Shown here piece after piece: positions 8,491 to 20,897 of a stretch of DNA of 64,000 nt (within the stretch, counting starts at the first letter, position 1; every line of letters starts with the position of its first letter). A program made the position numbers and the translations under genes. This DNA is from Podarcis filfolensis (lineage: Eukaryota). The notes below the pieces were generated by a model. That model ran no database searches. It had not been told where the DNA came from and saw only the letters and a list, made by a program, of their open reading frames with translations. The stretch lies in the NCBI GenBank assembly GCA_964270895.1, contig OZ185438.1; one strand, given 5' to 3'.

Positions 8491-9600
8491 AAAATATCAT
8501 CATCATCATCATCATTATGGTATGGATAAATGTAGCTACTAAACCTTACAGTGAGAGTTGGGATAACACAACCACCCCTTTGGGTTTGTTGCCAGGATTC
8601 TCTGGGCTCTCTGAACATCAGCTCTCCAATAATAGATGTTACAAGAGACCTGCTTGAGCTCACATCCGTGTACCCAAGCAATTGTTAAGATTTCCTTGAC
8701 AGACAAGCTATAAGCGTCTGATGAGCAAAACCATATCCTGAAACACAACCCGAGAAGGCCCACAGTATATCATCAGATAGGTAAGGAAGGAAGCCTCCAA
8801 AGTGACATCCTGCCCCTCTCATATCTAAGTAATGGACAAGCCAGCTGGGTTTGCAGTAGGCTTAAAAAGAAGAAGCAGCAGCAGCAGCAATAGTCTGCTA
8901 GAAACACAGTTGTTTTTAAAAAGCATTGCTTATTTTTAATAGGAATACTTGCAGGAAACCTCAGGTAGCAGTTCTGTCCTAAAAGAGGCACGCTTCATTC
9001 TCTTACACATAGGAGTGAATGGTCCGTCTAAAAGCTACATGCTGGGAATAATTGGTTTGGAATCGCCCAAGAAAGATGTTAGATTGTTTTTGTATGCCAC
9101 AACTGCAGCAAGAATTTTGTTGGCCAAAAATTGGAAACTACAAGAAATGCCTACAGTAGAGGAATGGCGGATGAAGATGATGGACTTTCTGGAGCTGGCC
9201 GACCTGACTGGAAGAATCCGCAAACAGAAAGAGGAGGAGCACCAAGAAGAATGGAAGAAATTTAAGGATTATTTAGTTAAATATGCTAAGATAACATAAG
9301 TAGAATTATTTGTAAGTACCAAATTGGCCTAGGAGTTCAGTATGTAAAATTGTATAACGTTATGGATAGAGGATAATATGAAAAGAAAGAAAGATGTTAA
9401 TTGACTAAGTTTATCTCAATTGAAAGAAGTATTGGAAAACTGCTACAATGACTTATATGGAAACTCAGCTAGGGGGATTTGAGGAAGTCACCCAACAATG
9501 ATAACAAAATTGGGATTTTAACAGTTAGGATAAATGTTTGTTTGTTTGTTTGTTTGTTTTATATTGTAATGTTTTTCTTTTATGTTTGTTATGTTTGTTA

Positions 9601-10065
9601 AGCCCTTCACGGCCTAGGACCCTTGTACCTATGGGACCGCCTCTCCCGGTATGCCCCACGGAGAGCCTCAAGGTCCATAAATAGCAACACCCTAGTGGTC
9701 CTGGGCCCTAAGGATGTTAGATTGGCTTCAACCAGAGCCAGGGCCTTTACAACTCTGGCTCCGGCCTGGTGGAACGCTCTGCCTCATGAGACCAGGGCCC
9801 TGCAGGATCTGATTTCTTTCCGCAGGGCCTGTAAGACAGAGTTGTTCCGCCTGGCCTTTGGCTTGGAGCCAATTTGATTCCCTCCCTCTCTTTCTTTTTT
9901 CTTTTCCTTCTCTTCCTGCGATGAGGCTACATTTTAATATTTTAATGTTTCAATATTTTAATGTTGTATTTTAATTTTGTTTTTAAGTTGTAATCATTCA
10001 ACTTGTTTTTACTATTGCTTGTAAGCTGCTCTGAGCCTGGCCTTGGCTGGGGAGGGCGGGGTATA

Positions 10066-10116
<51 letters not shown>
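9601..10116 (+). mobile_element. 5'-truncated L2 LINE nested in the L1 3'UTR
   Basis: L2 ORF2 C-terminus RAFTTLAPAWWNALP...FRRACKTELF, then 3'UTR and (AAT)17 tail. Confidence 0.85.

Positions 10117-10149
<33 letters not shown>
10066..10149. repeat. (AAT)17-(TAT)11 inverted microsatellite
   Basis: Read directly from the sequence; palindrome centre at 10115/10116. Confidence 0.95.
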
Positions 10150-10150
<1 letters not shown>

Positions 10151-12091
10151 ATAAATTTGGAAAATTAATTTGAAAAAAGGCTACATGCTGAGCCAAGGGG
10201 TGAGGCAAAGGGGTGCCGAAGTGGAGGTACTGAACAGTCCCCTGCAGCACCATCAATCCCTACCCCTACAATCTGTCTCCACGGAGCTTTTTCCTTCTTT
10301 CTTTCTTCTGGTCAGTCTCTAAGAGCAAATTGAACCTAGCTGGATGACAAGGGCTAGGGGGTAGGGTGGGCACCAAGGGGAAATGTCAGGAGCAGAGGAA
10401 GGTTTTGTCACCCTCCAGCTGTGCATCCTACTAAACTGCACCCCTTCTTTCTGCTTTGGATGAGAATGGAGCAGCCCCAAGTCCAGTATTTAAGTTCTGC
10501 TCCCGACATGACATGCAGTTTCGACCTTGGATGATAATGCTTGCAGTGAAATGCAAAGGATCGCCATATATACCAGAAAATTCTGGTGATGTCCTGGGAG
10601 TGGAGGCTAACATGGCCACTCAGAGGAATTTTTAAAATTTCATACTAAATGTCCAGGATTTTGTCTGTTCCTTGGTGGAAGCAGAAACATCTGCTGATTG
10701 TCCAAAAAAAGCTCTGGATTTTTTACTTCTTGAAATATGGCAACCCTAGAATTGCACAACAAAAATAAACAGATGCATAGATTTTTCTGCACTGATTTAG
10801 CCAAGGACATAACAGACTGGGAGGTGAAAATTCACACAGTAAACCAAAGCAGAAGCTTCTGCCTTTGCCTGCTTACTCATAGTCATAAGCAAGTGAATTC
10901 AATATAACTTACTCCTAGGCAAGGATGGCACCCTTTCTTTAAATTAATGACTACAAAGAAATAACAGCCAATCCGTCGGTCAACTATTATGTTAATTGCA
11001 TTAAATGAAAAGTGTGGCTCTCAGTAGCTAAATGGGCATGCCAGGAATATAGCGAAACTTCTCCTGCAAGTAAACATTGCATCCATAAGTTGCATATTTG
11101 TTTCAAAAGACTTGTTTTGAAAGATCAACATGCTGAGCAGAACTTGAAAACCCTGAAAACCCGACACAGGTTGCTTTCAAACTGGAAGCCTGATATAACA
11201 CTTGAGCCTAAACAGTGCTTAAGGAAAGAATATCCACTCCCAAGTGTACCCACACTAGGATTACATGAAAGGGCAAATTGAACACCCTCAGATCTAGCAG
11301 AGCTCTTTGGTTGACAGCAGACAGCTGGGTAGGCATCTGATTACCAGTCAAATCTGTCCTCGAAGCCCACACAGGCTGTTTCCACCTAAACTGAAAAAGA
11401 GGAGTCTTTCAGCTCTACAATCAATGACAGTTTCCACTAAGGTTAAGCTGAAACGGAACGGGCATTAAGGGGATGTGGGGCGTGTGAAAGGGAAAGCTGT
11501 AAAAAAGGGTGTTTCTTCAACCCCCCCCAAGATAAAAGTGATGTGCCCACTGTCTTGGGTGGAGTGGCTTGGAAGCCGTCTTTTCCAAACTTATCGAATT
11601 ATCCCTGGATTGGGGAAATCCAAATTTACTGGGGGGGAACCAGCAGGATAGCTGCTGTTGGAGTGAGACGTCATGCGGACAACACCACATGAACAGGAAT
11701 GCAAACAGCATCGGAAGCACATCAAATGTAGGCGTGGACAAGCCCCATTTTTTACTTTTATGCAAGCAACAATATCTTAGGAGGACTACATTATAGGTCT
11801 ACTTCTGTGCAAATTGTGCAGTGAAAAGTGCACCTGGGGTGTAGTTTTACCCAGAAAGATCTGGGTTGGGGTTAATGTTTTGTTTGTTGATGTTTGTCAC
11901 CATGTTAGCCCCAAACAGAAGGTTTTGTGCTCTTTGTACACTGTGTCTTGTTTACAGTACACACACAGTTCCTTCTCTTGTGATTAGTGACGGGTGTCTT
12001 GCATCTGTTTTGAAACTGATCGTGCCAAATCTGCACACACCTGGCTGCTAGTCCCCTTCATCCCATACATTTACTGCGGGAATAGGGGAGG

Positions 12092-12425
12092 TGAAATATA
12101 CTCAGAGTCACAAAGTGATTTCACGCTCTTTATTCAGCTCATAGTGGTGAGGAGGAATGAATGAATGAAAGTCCCCTCAAAGTATCTGCTTTATATACAT
12201 TATTTACACAATGGGCTGCACATGATTGGCTAATTCCGGAATTCTACTGTAAGCCAATCAAGTTGTGGATTCACTTCTATCTGGAGCATGATTGGGTGGT
12301 TCCTGCCAACCAATCATACTGCTGCATTGTTCTAGGACCAATCAGACTGCTACATTCTGAATCCTATTGTTCTAGGACCAATCAGACTGCTGCAGTTTGG
12401 ATCCTATTCAACTCAGTACATAACA
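12092..12425 (-). mobile_element. Solo LTR, copy 2
   Basis: TG...CA termini, 5-bp TSD GGAGG (12087-12091, 12426-12430), minus-strand AATAAA and TATA. Same family as 48-342. Confidence 0.88.
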
Positions 12426-13363
12426 GGAGGGGGTGGACCGAGAGATTCAGAAGAATGTGATGACAATCAAAGTTGGGTGGGGGTGAGAGATAATTTTGAA
12501 AAGAAGCCTATTTGGTGGGAATTTTCAGGAACAGTGAAACATGCAGACTCAGATTTAAAAATATACAGTCTGAACCTCAGAGGAAGATGGAAGAGAACTC
12601 ATGAGATGAAACCCAGGATGAAAGAAATTTCAGCACCAAATGCCCTTTGCTAACAAGTCATTTTGTAGCCAGGTTGATATGTCTCTGTTGTGGGCTACTA
12701 TTGTTGATGCTGAAAAAGGAAAACCCAAATGGCATTACACTGCAATTCAGGGCGTGATAGATGCTGATTGCAAAATGGAAAATCAGCATGTGTTGGCATG
12801 TCCTATAAGAAACGAAAGGCGGCCAAAATGAAATCTTCCTTATTGTGTCTAACTTGTTAATCGAGCAGCATAATTCTTGCTTTGAGTGGGAGGTTCAGCA
12901 CCCAAACCACTGTCCAAAGCAAGGGTTGCCAACTTGGCAACCTGTCCACTGGTGTCGCTGGACAGGTGTCCCAGACTGAGCTTTCATTTTTTAAAAGTGA
13001 GGAGGGGGAGAAACAAGCCTTTAGGCAACCCCCCCCCCCACTGAAAGTTACGGAGCAAAAGGTGCAGGTCCACTCTAAGTGATTTCTGTGAAATGAGAAT
13101 GAGTGTGTTGTGGCTACAACCTTGCATATTTTTGCTAGTGCTGAGGAATGCTCCCTGTTGCGATTAGACGTCGACAGCATCAGTGTGTATGAAATCAATA
13201 CCTTTTGATCTCCACATTCAGGGCCAGTAGGATATAGCTGACACCCCATTTAAGGTGGTCTAAAGTGGCTGTCTCTCTAACGTTATGCCATGGTCCTTGT
13301 GGCAGCCAATTTGTGTTGTGCCATGCTGCCCCCTCACCATTGCAGCTATTTTGCGGTCACAAC

Positions 13364-13945
13364 ATTATGATGGAAGATTGGGAAAAATTATGGAAAACTG
13401 ATTTAAAATTTACAGATTGTTCCCAATTGAAGGAGAATTACATGAAGATGATGTATAGATGGTACACAACACCAGTGCAGTTAGGGAAAATGTACAAAAC
13501 TAGTTCAAATATATGTTGAAAGTGTAAAGAAAAGGAAGGGATATTTTATCATATGTGGTGGGATTGTAATGTAATTTTAAAATTTTGGGAAATGATATAC
13601 AATGAATTGAAGAAAATGTTCCATATAACATTTGTTTAAAAACCCGAGGCATTTTTGTTGGGGATTGTAGGGAAAGACCTGCCAAAAAAGCTGAAGAACA
13701 TCTTCATGTATGTGACAACGGCCACAAGAGTTCTGGTAGCACAAGGATGGAAGCCTGAAGAAACCCCAACTAAAGAATCATGGCAAGAAAAACTGATGGA
13801 CTATGCAGAACTGGCAAAACTGACATATAAGCTACGGGACAAGGATAATTGTGACTTTAAGGATGAATAGGAACCCTTTACAAAGTATCTGAAGATGCAA
13901 CAAAGCGAACTGGTCTCCTTGGCAGGTTTTGAATAAACATTCATA
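13364..13945 (+). mobile_element. Degraded 5'-truncated L1-clade fragment (boundaries approximate)
   Basis: YMKMMYRWY, zinc knuckle C-*-KCKEKEGIFYHMWWDC and FMYVTTATRVLVAQGWK, with stops and frameshifts. Confidence 0.8.
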
Positions 13946-15311
13946 AACTTTTTATTGATAATAATCAGCTAAATAGTTTGAGGATCTATACAACTTTGTA
14001 ACATGCAGAAAACAGCATTTTTGGAGAAATCAAAGACTGGAACTGAGGGAAGTCGGGGGGTGGGGGCGGGGGAGTTTTGTGTGGGAGGGGGGAGGGAGGA
14101 AAAATGGGGGGGACAAGGATGATATGTTTTTGGATAATAGGTCTTGTTTTCATTTTGAATAAAAAAACTAAAACAAAAACCATTGCAGCTGTTTTGTGAC
14201 TGGTGCCCCCAGCACATGTGCCCACTGGCCCAAAAAGTTTGGTGACCACTATACTAGAGGAGCAACGGGACAAAGCTTGGGGGCACTGCTCAGTGGCAAA
14301 TCATCTGCTTCATATGCAGAAGATGCCTGGCATCTCTAGACAGGGGTCAGAAGAAGCCCTGGAGATTTGCTGCCTTCCAGAGAAGACAGTATTTACCTAT
14401 GTGAACCAACTGTCTGATTCGTATAAGGTAGCTTCTTATGTTCCTGTCTCTAGCTAAAGATACATAGTATTTTTAATGGTGGCGTGCGAAAATGAAGAAA
14501 AATCACAAATAGTTTTAAAAGATGCAGCATAATTTCCCGGAATCACTCCAATATCTCAAGGTATCAAGGTATTAGATACCTGGGTTATCTGGTTGTTTAT
14601 CTAGAAAGAAGATTAACGATTCCAAGACGAGCCCCGGGAAGCTCACTGTGTGTGTTCCTTCTTCCTGGGAGAGCAACAGCTCTCAGATAAGGAAAGAAGA
14701 GAATTGCTTGTGAACTCTTAGTTCAGCAGAATTCTTAAGCTGGATTTGCATACTCTCTGGTTTGAGGTGTCTGTTTGAAATCAGCAGATGGTTGCAATAG
14801 TTTTGGAAATGAGTCCCCAAGGATCTAACCTTCCCAGAGGCCCCTAAGGCACCAGCTTGTATTCAATGACATTAGCAGGCAAGGGCCTAGAGCAGTGTTT
14901 CTTGGGTCTCCAGCTTCTGTTGGAATACAGCTCCCATCATCCCATCATCCCTAGCAAGCAGGACCAGCGGTCAGGGATTGACCCATTCCAAGAACATCGT
15001 ACAGTGGCATACTGTGGGGCGGGCACAGGAGTTGGTTGCCCTGGGCGCAAAATTGTTAGGGGCCCAACATTTCAACACCAGGTGCTGCCTCAATACAGCT
15101 GCACGCATCCATCACTGAGCTTCATTGAAAACGGCTTCTCCATGCAAACCAGGAAGTGACCTCTCCAGACAATGGAACAACTCTTCTTATCTCTGCAGCT
15201 GCAATCTCCTGGATGACACAGACACCTCTATTTTCAGATCATAAAGTCCTTTGCGCAGATCAGCTATAGAGTACTCAATGTGAGACTTTAATGTTGTGTA
15301 CAGTATAAGGT

Positions 15312-15667
15312 AGGACGCGGGTGGTTCTGTGGGTTAAACCACAGAGCCTAGGACTTGCCGATCAGAAGGTCGCCGGTTCGAATCCCCGCGACGGGGTGAG
15401 CTCCCGTTGCTCGGTCCCTGCTCCTGCCAACCTAGCAGTTCAAAAGCACGTCAAAGTGCAAGTAGATAAATAGGTACCACTCCAGCAGGAAGGTAAACGG
15501 CGTTTCCGTGCGCTGCTCTGGTTCGCCAGAAGGGGCTTAGTCATGCTGGCCACATGACCTGGAAGCTATACGCCGGCTCCCTCGGCCAATAAAGCGAGAT
15601 GAGCCCCACAACCCCAGAGTCGGTCACGACTGGACCTAATGGCCAGGGGTCCTTTTACCTTTACCTT
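15312..15667 (+). mobile_element. Sauria SINE, full length
   Basis: tRNA-like head with GGTTCGAATCC B box, (ACCTTT)n tail, 13-bp TSD TACAGTATAAGGT (15299-15311, 15668-15680). Confidence 0.92.
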
Positions 15668-16714
15668 TACAGTATAAGGTTGGGGGAGAAGAGAGGTGGG
15701 GAGAGAGAGGTAAAGACGGGGGGTAGCAAACTTTCATTATTTTTATTTGGGCCTTCTATAAGGGAGATGTGCTTGTGGTTTTATGCACTTGGCACATTTT
15801 TTGTAGACAACAACGCTGATTGTAGTAAGCTACTATGAACAAGCTTGTATAGTTCTGTGGCTTCAGCAGTACAGTACAAACAAGTTCTAAATTAATCCAC
15901 AGCTCTGATGCTATGTTTACTCTCAAAGCCTTCTAAGTTGAGCAACGGCCAACCAGGAGTGTTCAAGAATGTATAAACCATGATGTGATACATTATACCC
16001 AGGCCTAAGAAGAATCTTCTGAGACGAGGCTGCCACACTTATAGGACTTTTGAAACAACAAGCTCTTGGGCCAAAGAATTGAATGCACCAGCATGATGCA
16101 ACAACGGAAAGCTCTCTTCCATCTGCTGACCCCTACAAAATATTATCCCTAGGGAGCTGTCTAGAAGAGTTGCTTTCTCAGAAGGCCTGGAACTAGTTCT
16201 GATCTAATAACTATCTGTTATGCTGACCTCATTTTCCCTGCAGCACACTTTCCATGCAACTGATTAGCAAAAGAGATGCATGATAACGAATGAGACTTTC
16301 AGGCCTTCATCTTTTGAGCCTCAATTATTATCCTCGACAGTCAGCGATAAATTGGGAGACGCTTTGGGCCGTGCCTGTCTTTGGACTAGAAGCAGGGAAT
16401 GAATAATGGTAATCGGGCCCTGTTTTTAGTGCTTGCTTATTGTAACTTTGCACCCTGTTGTGAATTAGAAATGGGAGGTGGGATCCTTCAAAAGAAGACA
16501 TGCTTTTCTCCGCACCCCTCCAGCTGAGGCCTGTAATTGCCTCAGGGCCATCACTCTTGAAAACAAATCACGACATGTTGAAGGAAAGGCATCGTCAAAA
16601 GGCATATACTTCTTCTGAGAGTAGAATCAAATCTGTAATGTAAGCAGCGAGTACAAAGATATAAGATGTCATAGCAGCATCAGGTAATGTGCTGAAGAAG
16701 TTTCATTGAATATA

Positions 16715-17255
16715 CAGGTGAAACTCGAAAAATTAGAATATTGTGGAAAAGTTCATATATTTCAGTAATTCAACTTAAATGGTGAAACTAATATATGAGA
16801 TAGACTCATGACATGCAAAGCGAGATATGTCAAGCCTTTATTTGTTATAATTGTGATGTTTATAGTGTACAGCTGATGAAAACCCCAAAATAACTATCTC
16901 AGAAAATTAGAATATTAAATGAAATCAGCAAATAGAGCAATATTGGACCTCTGAGAAGTAGAAGCATGCACATGTACTCAGTACTTGGTTTGGGCCCTTT
17001 TTGCATCAATTACTGCCTCAATGCGGCGTGGCATGGATGCTATCAGCCTGTGGCACTGCTGAGGTGTTATGGAAGACCAGGAAGCTTCAATAGCAGTCTT
17101 CAGCTCTTCTACATCGCTCGGTCTCATGTCTCTCATCTTTCTCTTGGCAATGCCCCATAGATTCTCTATGGGGTTCAGGTCAGGACACCTTTTAAGTTGA
17201 ATTACTGAAATAAATGAACTTTTCCACAATATTCTAATTTTTTGAGTTTCACCTG
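16715..17255 (-). mobile_element. Internally deleted Tc1 DNA transposon
   Basis: TA-flanked, about 65-bp near-perfect TIR CAGGTGAAACTC...CAACTTAAA at both ends, transposase remnant inside. Confidence 0.92.
16978..17184 (-). pseudogene. Tc1 transposase C-terminal remnant
   Basis: PDLNPIENLW...SMPRRIEAVIDAK...TKY*, the hallmark Tc1 C-terminus. Upstream part deleted. Confidence 0.9.
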
Positions 17256-17506
17256 TATGTGTAGGTACAAAAAGCAAATATGTCATAGTGCAATGAAACT
17301 ACCATCTTCAGGCAGATCAATCCATTTGACAAGTGCTTAGGGAAACACTGGTGTTTAATTCAGCTAGCACAAAAGGCCTTGGTTTCATACATACAAGTAT
17401 GAGCATGTTAAATAGTACACCCATGTACACATGCTAAGGAAATCGTAATTTGACAAGATTTCAAAATCCATCTAAAGTGATGTTTAAAAATGATGTCCAC
17501 AGGTAT

Positions 17507-18122
17507 TTGTTAGAAATGTAAAGAAAAAGGAGGATCATATGTGGTGAACTTGCAAATTAGTAAAGGACTTCTGGGAAATGATATATAATGAAATGTGGGG
17601 GGGGGGGGGAATGATGAAGGTATCTTTTAAGAAGAAGCCAGAAGCCCTTTTTAAAGGAATAATAGGGGAGGAGATTCCAAAACATCAAAATAACTTATTT
17701 ATGTATGCTACGACAGTAGCAGGGATGTTATATGCCCAGAAATGGATGGAAGGAGAAACTCCAACAAAAGAGGAATGGCAGATGAAACTGTGGGAATCTG
17801 CTGAACTGGCTGATTTAACAAGCAGAATTCGAGACCAAGAGAAGGAGATGTTTAAGAAAGAATGGGAGAAATTTGTGGAATATATGAAGAATTATTGTAA
17901 ACACCTTAAAACGCAAGCAGGGCTAGAATAATCAGCAGAGAAACGAAATAAGGCTGAAGGTGAATATAAAATGGTAAAAGAGCATTTTGGATATGCAGTC
18001 GAATAAGGGAAACTTTCATGAGCTACTGAAGGTGGGGTAGGGAAGTCAAGGATAATGAGATTACTTTAATAAATGTGTATTTGTTGTGAAATTGAAAACT
18101 TTAAATAAAATGTGAGGGGAAA
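17507..18122 (+). mobile_element. 5'-truncated L1-clade LINE
   Basis: ORF2 C-terminus ending at 17931 (LFMYATTVAGMLYAQKW...EEW). 15-bp TSD GATGTCCACAGGTAT (17492-17506, 18123-18137). Confidence 0.9.
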
Positions 18123-20061
18123 GATGTCCACAGGTATGATGATCATACATGTATGTTATGTGTTCACTAAAGGAAACGCTGGTTTAACATCAGTATAGTT
18201 AAAGGTGAAGTTTCCATCAGTAAATTGGAAGGGGATCGTACTGTAAATGTAGGGAATAGATTTCCCTCCTTACCTGTTTTGGTTAAGGTTGTAAATGCAA
18301 ATGGATTAAACAGGCATATATAGATAAACAATGCAAACTAGTAACTTTGGTAAGCTTATTTGTAAGGTTCACGTTTTGCAAAACAGTAACTTTGGTAAGT
18401 TTATTTGTATTCTGCATGCATTGCCATTTTCAGTTAGCAATAAAATTGCATCTTAAATGGAATTCCACAAAGTAGCTGCTTAAATAGGCTTTGGTACTTA
18501 ATTGTAATGTTTGTGACAGATTTGACCTCACAATGCTGCGTGCAACGGCAATGCATCTTCTCTGCAAGATTATTCTAATCTGCATGCATCCTGGTGTATT
18601 TATAGCCAATATCATCTCCTTGCAGAACCCTTCAGTCAGGTGGCAATTTCTATATATAGCTGAACTGTATATTAGTCCACCCTAGGGCAGGAGTTCTGAT
18701 TTCAGATTTACAATACAGTACAGCAAACTTTTCAGTTGTCGGCTCTGATAAACGACATTTATTTTACCCTGTGTACTATGTCTGTCTTTATATTATTCAA
18801 AAGTTTTGCCTTGAGTACCTCAAGTGGATCTGGGCAATTGCTAAATAAAATAAAATAAAACCCAAAACACACCAATAGCCCAAATCATTTCAAACTTACT
18901 AAAGTCCTATTCTGTAGACAATGGCTACAAGATCTTTCTCTTCAAATTCATGCGCAAACATTTTGAGATGATTTGAGCCACTTAAAAGGAGAACTATCTA
19001 TCACAAGTACGTTTCTTATTTCACAAAGATCCAGAGATTGTACCTGAGGGAAGCAAATGTTGCATATAAAACTTTGGGGGTGCAAGAAAGTTGACCCTTG
19101 TGAAGTACAGTGGACTGCTGTAACTTTAAAAAAGGACAAAAGAAACATATAGGAGGGAAGGGCGTGGGAAAGAAACATCACAATTACATCTAAATACTGA
19201 TGTCTTGTGCTTTGTTTCTGTACAGCTACCACCACAACAAACACTTCTAAGATTACAGAACTTGTCCTGTCTAGAAGATTCCTGAGAGAATCCAAATGAA
19301 CTGTATACAGTACATTTGTCTGATAAAAGGAAGTCCTTCATAAAGATGTTTGCAATTTTATTTATTTATTTAAAAAAGAAGCCGTACTGATTTCCTTGCT
19401 GCAGAGTAGGTTTTCTGTCTGTATTAGAAATGCTTTTTTTTTAAAAGAGAAACGCGTGTATTTGTTAAGGTTGCTGTATCACGTACACATTTGGAGAGAT
19501 TTAGATTTTTTAAAAAGATCAGGAAGAGTTTTCCTTTTTGGCATACCTCTGAACTATGTATCATTATGGGAGAAATATGGGAATTGTTAAAGCAGACATA
19601 TAGGGCAGCCACTTAAGCAGAAGAAGAAACAATGTTTGAGCTCCCTCTGGTGGGACCACAGAAGAAGGAAATAAAATAAACTGGTCGCTGACAGACTGCC
19701 AGTTGTTTTAATCAATGCCTTACCAGAAATTCAGGTTTGTGCAATTAAAGAGAACTAAAATGCTGTATTGTTCTGGCCCAACAAATCCACTTGTAAAGGA
19801 AAAGAGAGAGGTCACTTTGGGGTTAGAAAAGGAATGAGGAAATGCACTTTGACATGTGGCACAAATAGCCAATTAACCAGTACTTTTTTCTGGAGGTATT
19901 CAAGGGTAAGCAGTACCACTACCCATTTTCCCCTTAGAAAAAAAAAAAACCAGTGGTTAAAAGCGTGGTGCTTCCTGTAACAACATCATGGTTAGTAAGC
20001 GGCACTCTTTTTTTTCTGGAAGAAAAGCGCAGTGTTTAACTACTGTGTAAGCACATCAGGC

Positions 20062-20410
20062 GGGACACGGGTGGCGCTGTGGGTTAAAACACAGAGCCTA
20101 GGACTTGCCGATCAGAAGGTCGGCGGCTCGAATCCCCGTGACGGGGTGAGCTCCTGTTGCTCGGTCCCTGCTCCTGCCCACATAGCAGTTCGAAAGCACA
20201 CCAGTGCAAGTAGATAAATAGGTACTGCTCTGGCGGGAAGGTAAACGGCATTTCTGTGCACTGCTCTGGTTCGCCAGAAGCGGCTTAGTCATGCTGGCCA
20301 CATGACCCGGAAGCTGTACGCCAGCTCCCTCAGCCAATAAAGTGAGATGAGCGCCGCAACCCCAGAGTCGGTCATGACTGGACCTAATGGTCAGGGGTCC
20401 CTTTACCTTT
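20062..20410 (+). mobile_element. Sauria SINE
   Basis: Closely similar to 15312-15667; ends CCCTTTACCTTT. Confidence 0.9.
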
Positions 20411-20655
20411 TTATGGTATTGAAACAGAGTCAGATTTAGGGCAGTGTGACTAGTTTCTCCACGCCGGGGTGCTGCAGTTAGGACATGGTGCATGCGTAAA
20501 ACAGAGATAGAGGCAGGGAGGGAGCACCAAATTTTGGGCTCGCACAGGGAGCCACTGAAAAACCAAAGTCCACACTGGTTGAAACTATACCCAGGAAGCA
20601 GTCCACTTATTCAAACAAGGCTAAGTGGCAAGAAAACAGTCTCCTTTTCACCATA

Positions 20656-20897
20656 CAGTGGTACCTCGGGTTAAGTACTTAATTCGTTCTGGAGGTCCGT
20701 TCTTAACCTGAAACTGTTCTCAACCTGAAGCACCACTTTAGCTAATGGGGCCTCCTGCTGCCGCTGCGCTGCCGGAGCACAATTTCTGTTCTTATCCTGA
20801 AGCAAAGTTCTTAACCTGAAGCACTATTTCTGGGTTAGCGGAGTCTGTAACCTGAAGCGTATGTAACCTGAAGCGTATGTAACCCGAGGTACCACTG
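20656..20897 (+). mobile_element. TcMar (Tigger/pogo-like) MITE, family A copy 1
   Basis: TA TSD, TIR CAGTGGTACCTCGG / CCGAGGTACCACTG. Confidence 0.9.

Larger units (their letters stand above)
9045..10179 (+). mobile_element. 5'-truncated L1-clade LINE, interrupted by an L2
   Basis: ORF2 C-terminus (LFLYATTAARILLAKNWK...EEW...) ending at 9299. 11-bp TSD GCTACATGCTG (9034-9044, 10180-10190). Confidence 0.85.

Noticed and set aside
48-12425. Two same-orientation LTRs as the ends of one 12-kb provirus
   Set aside because: Each has its own distinct TSD, and no gag/pol/env or primer-binding site lies between them.
15312-15400. tRNA-like A/B boxes (also at ~20062 and ~57640)
   Set aside because: These are SINE heads that continue into Sauria SINE bodies; not tRNA genes.
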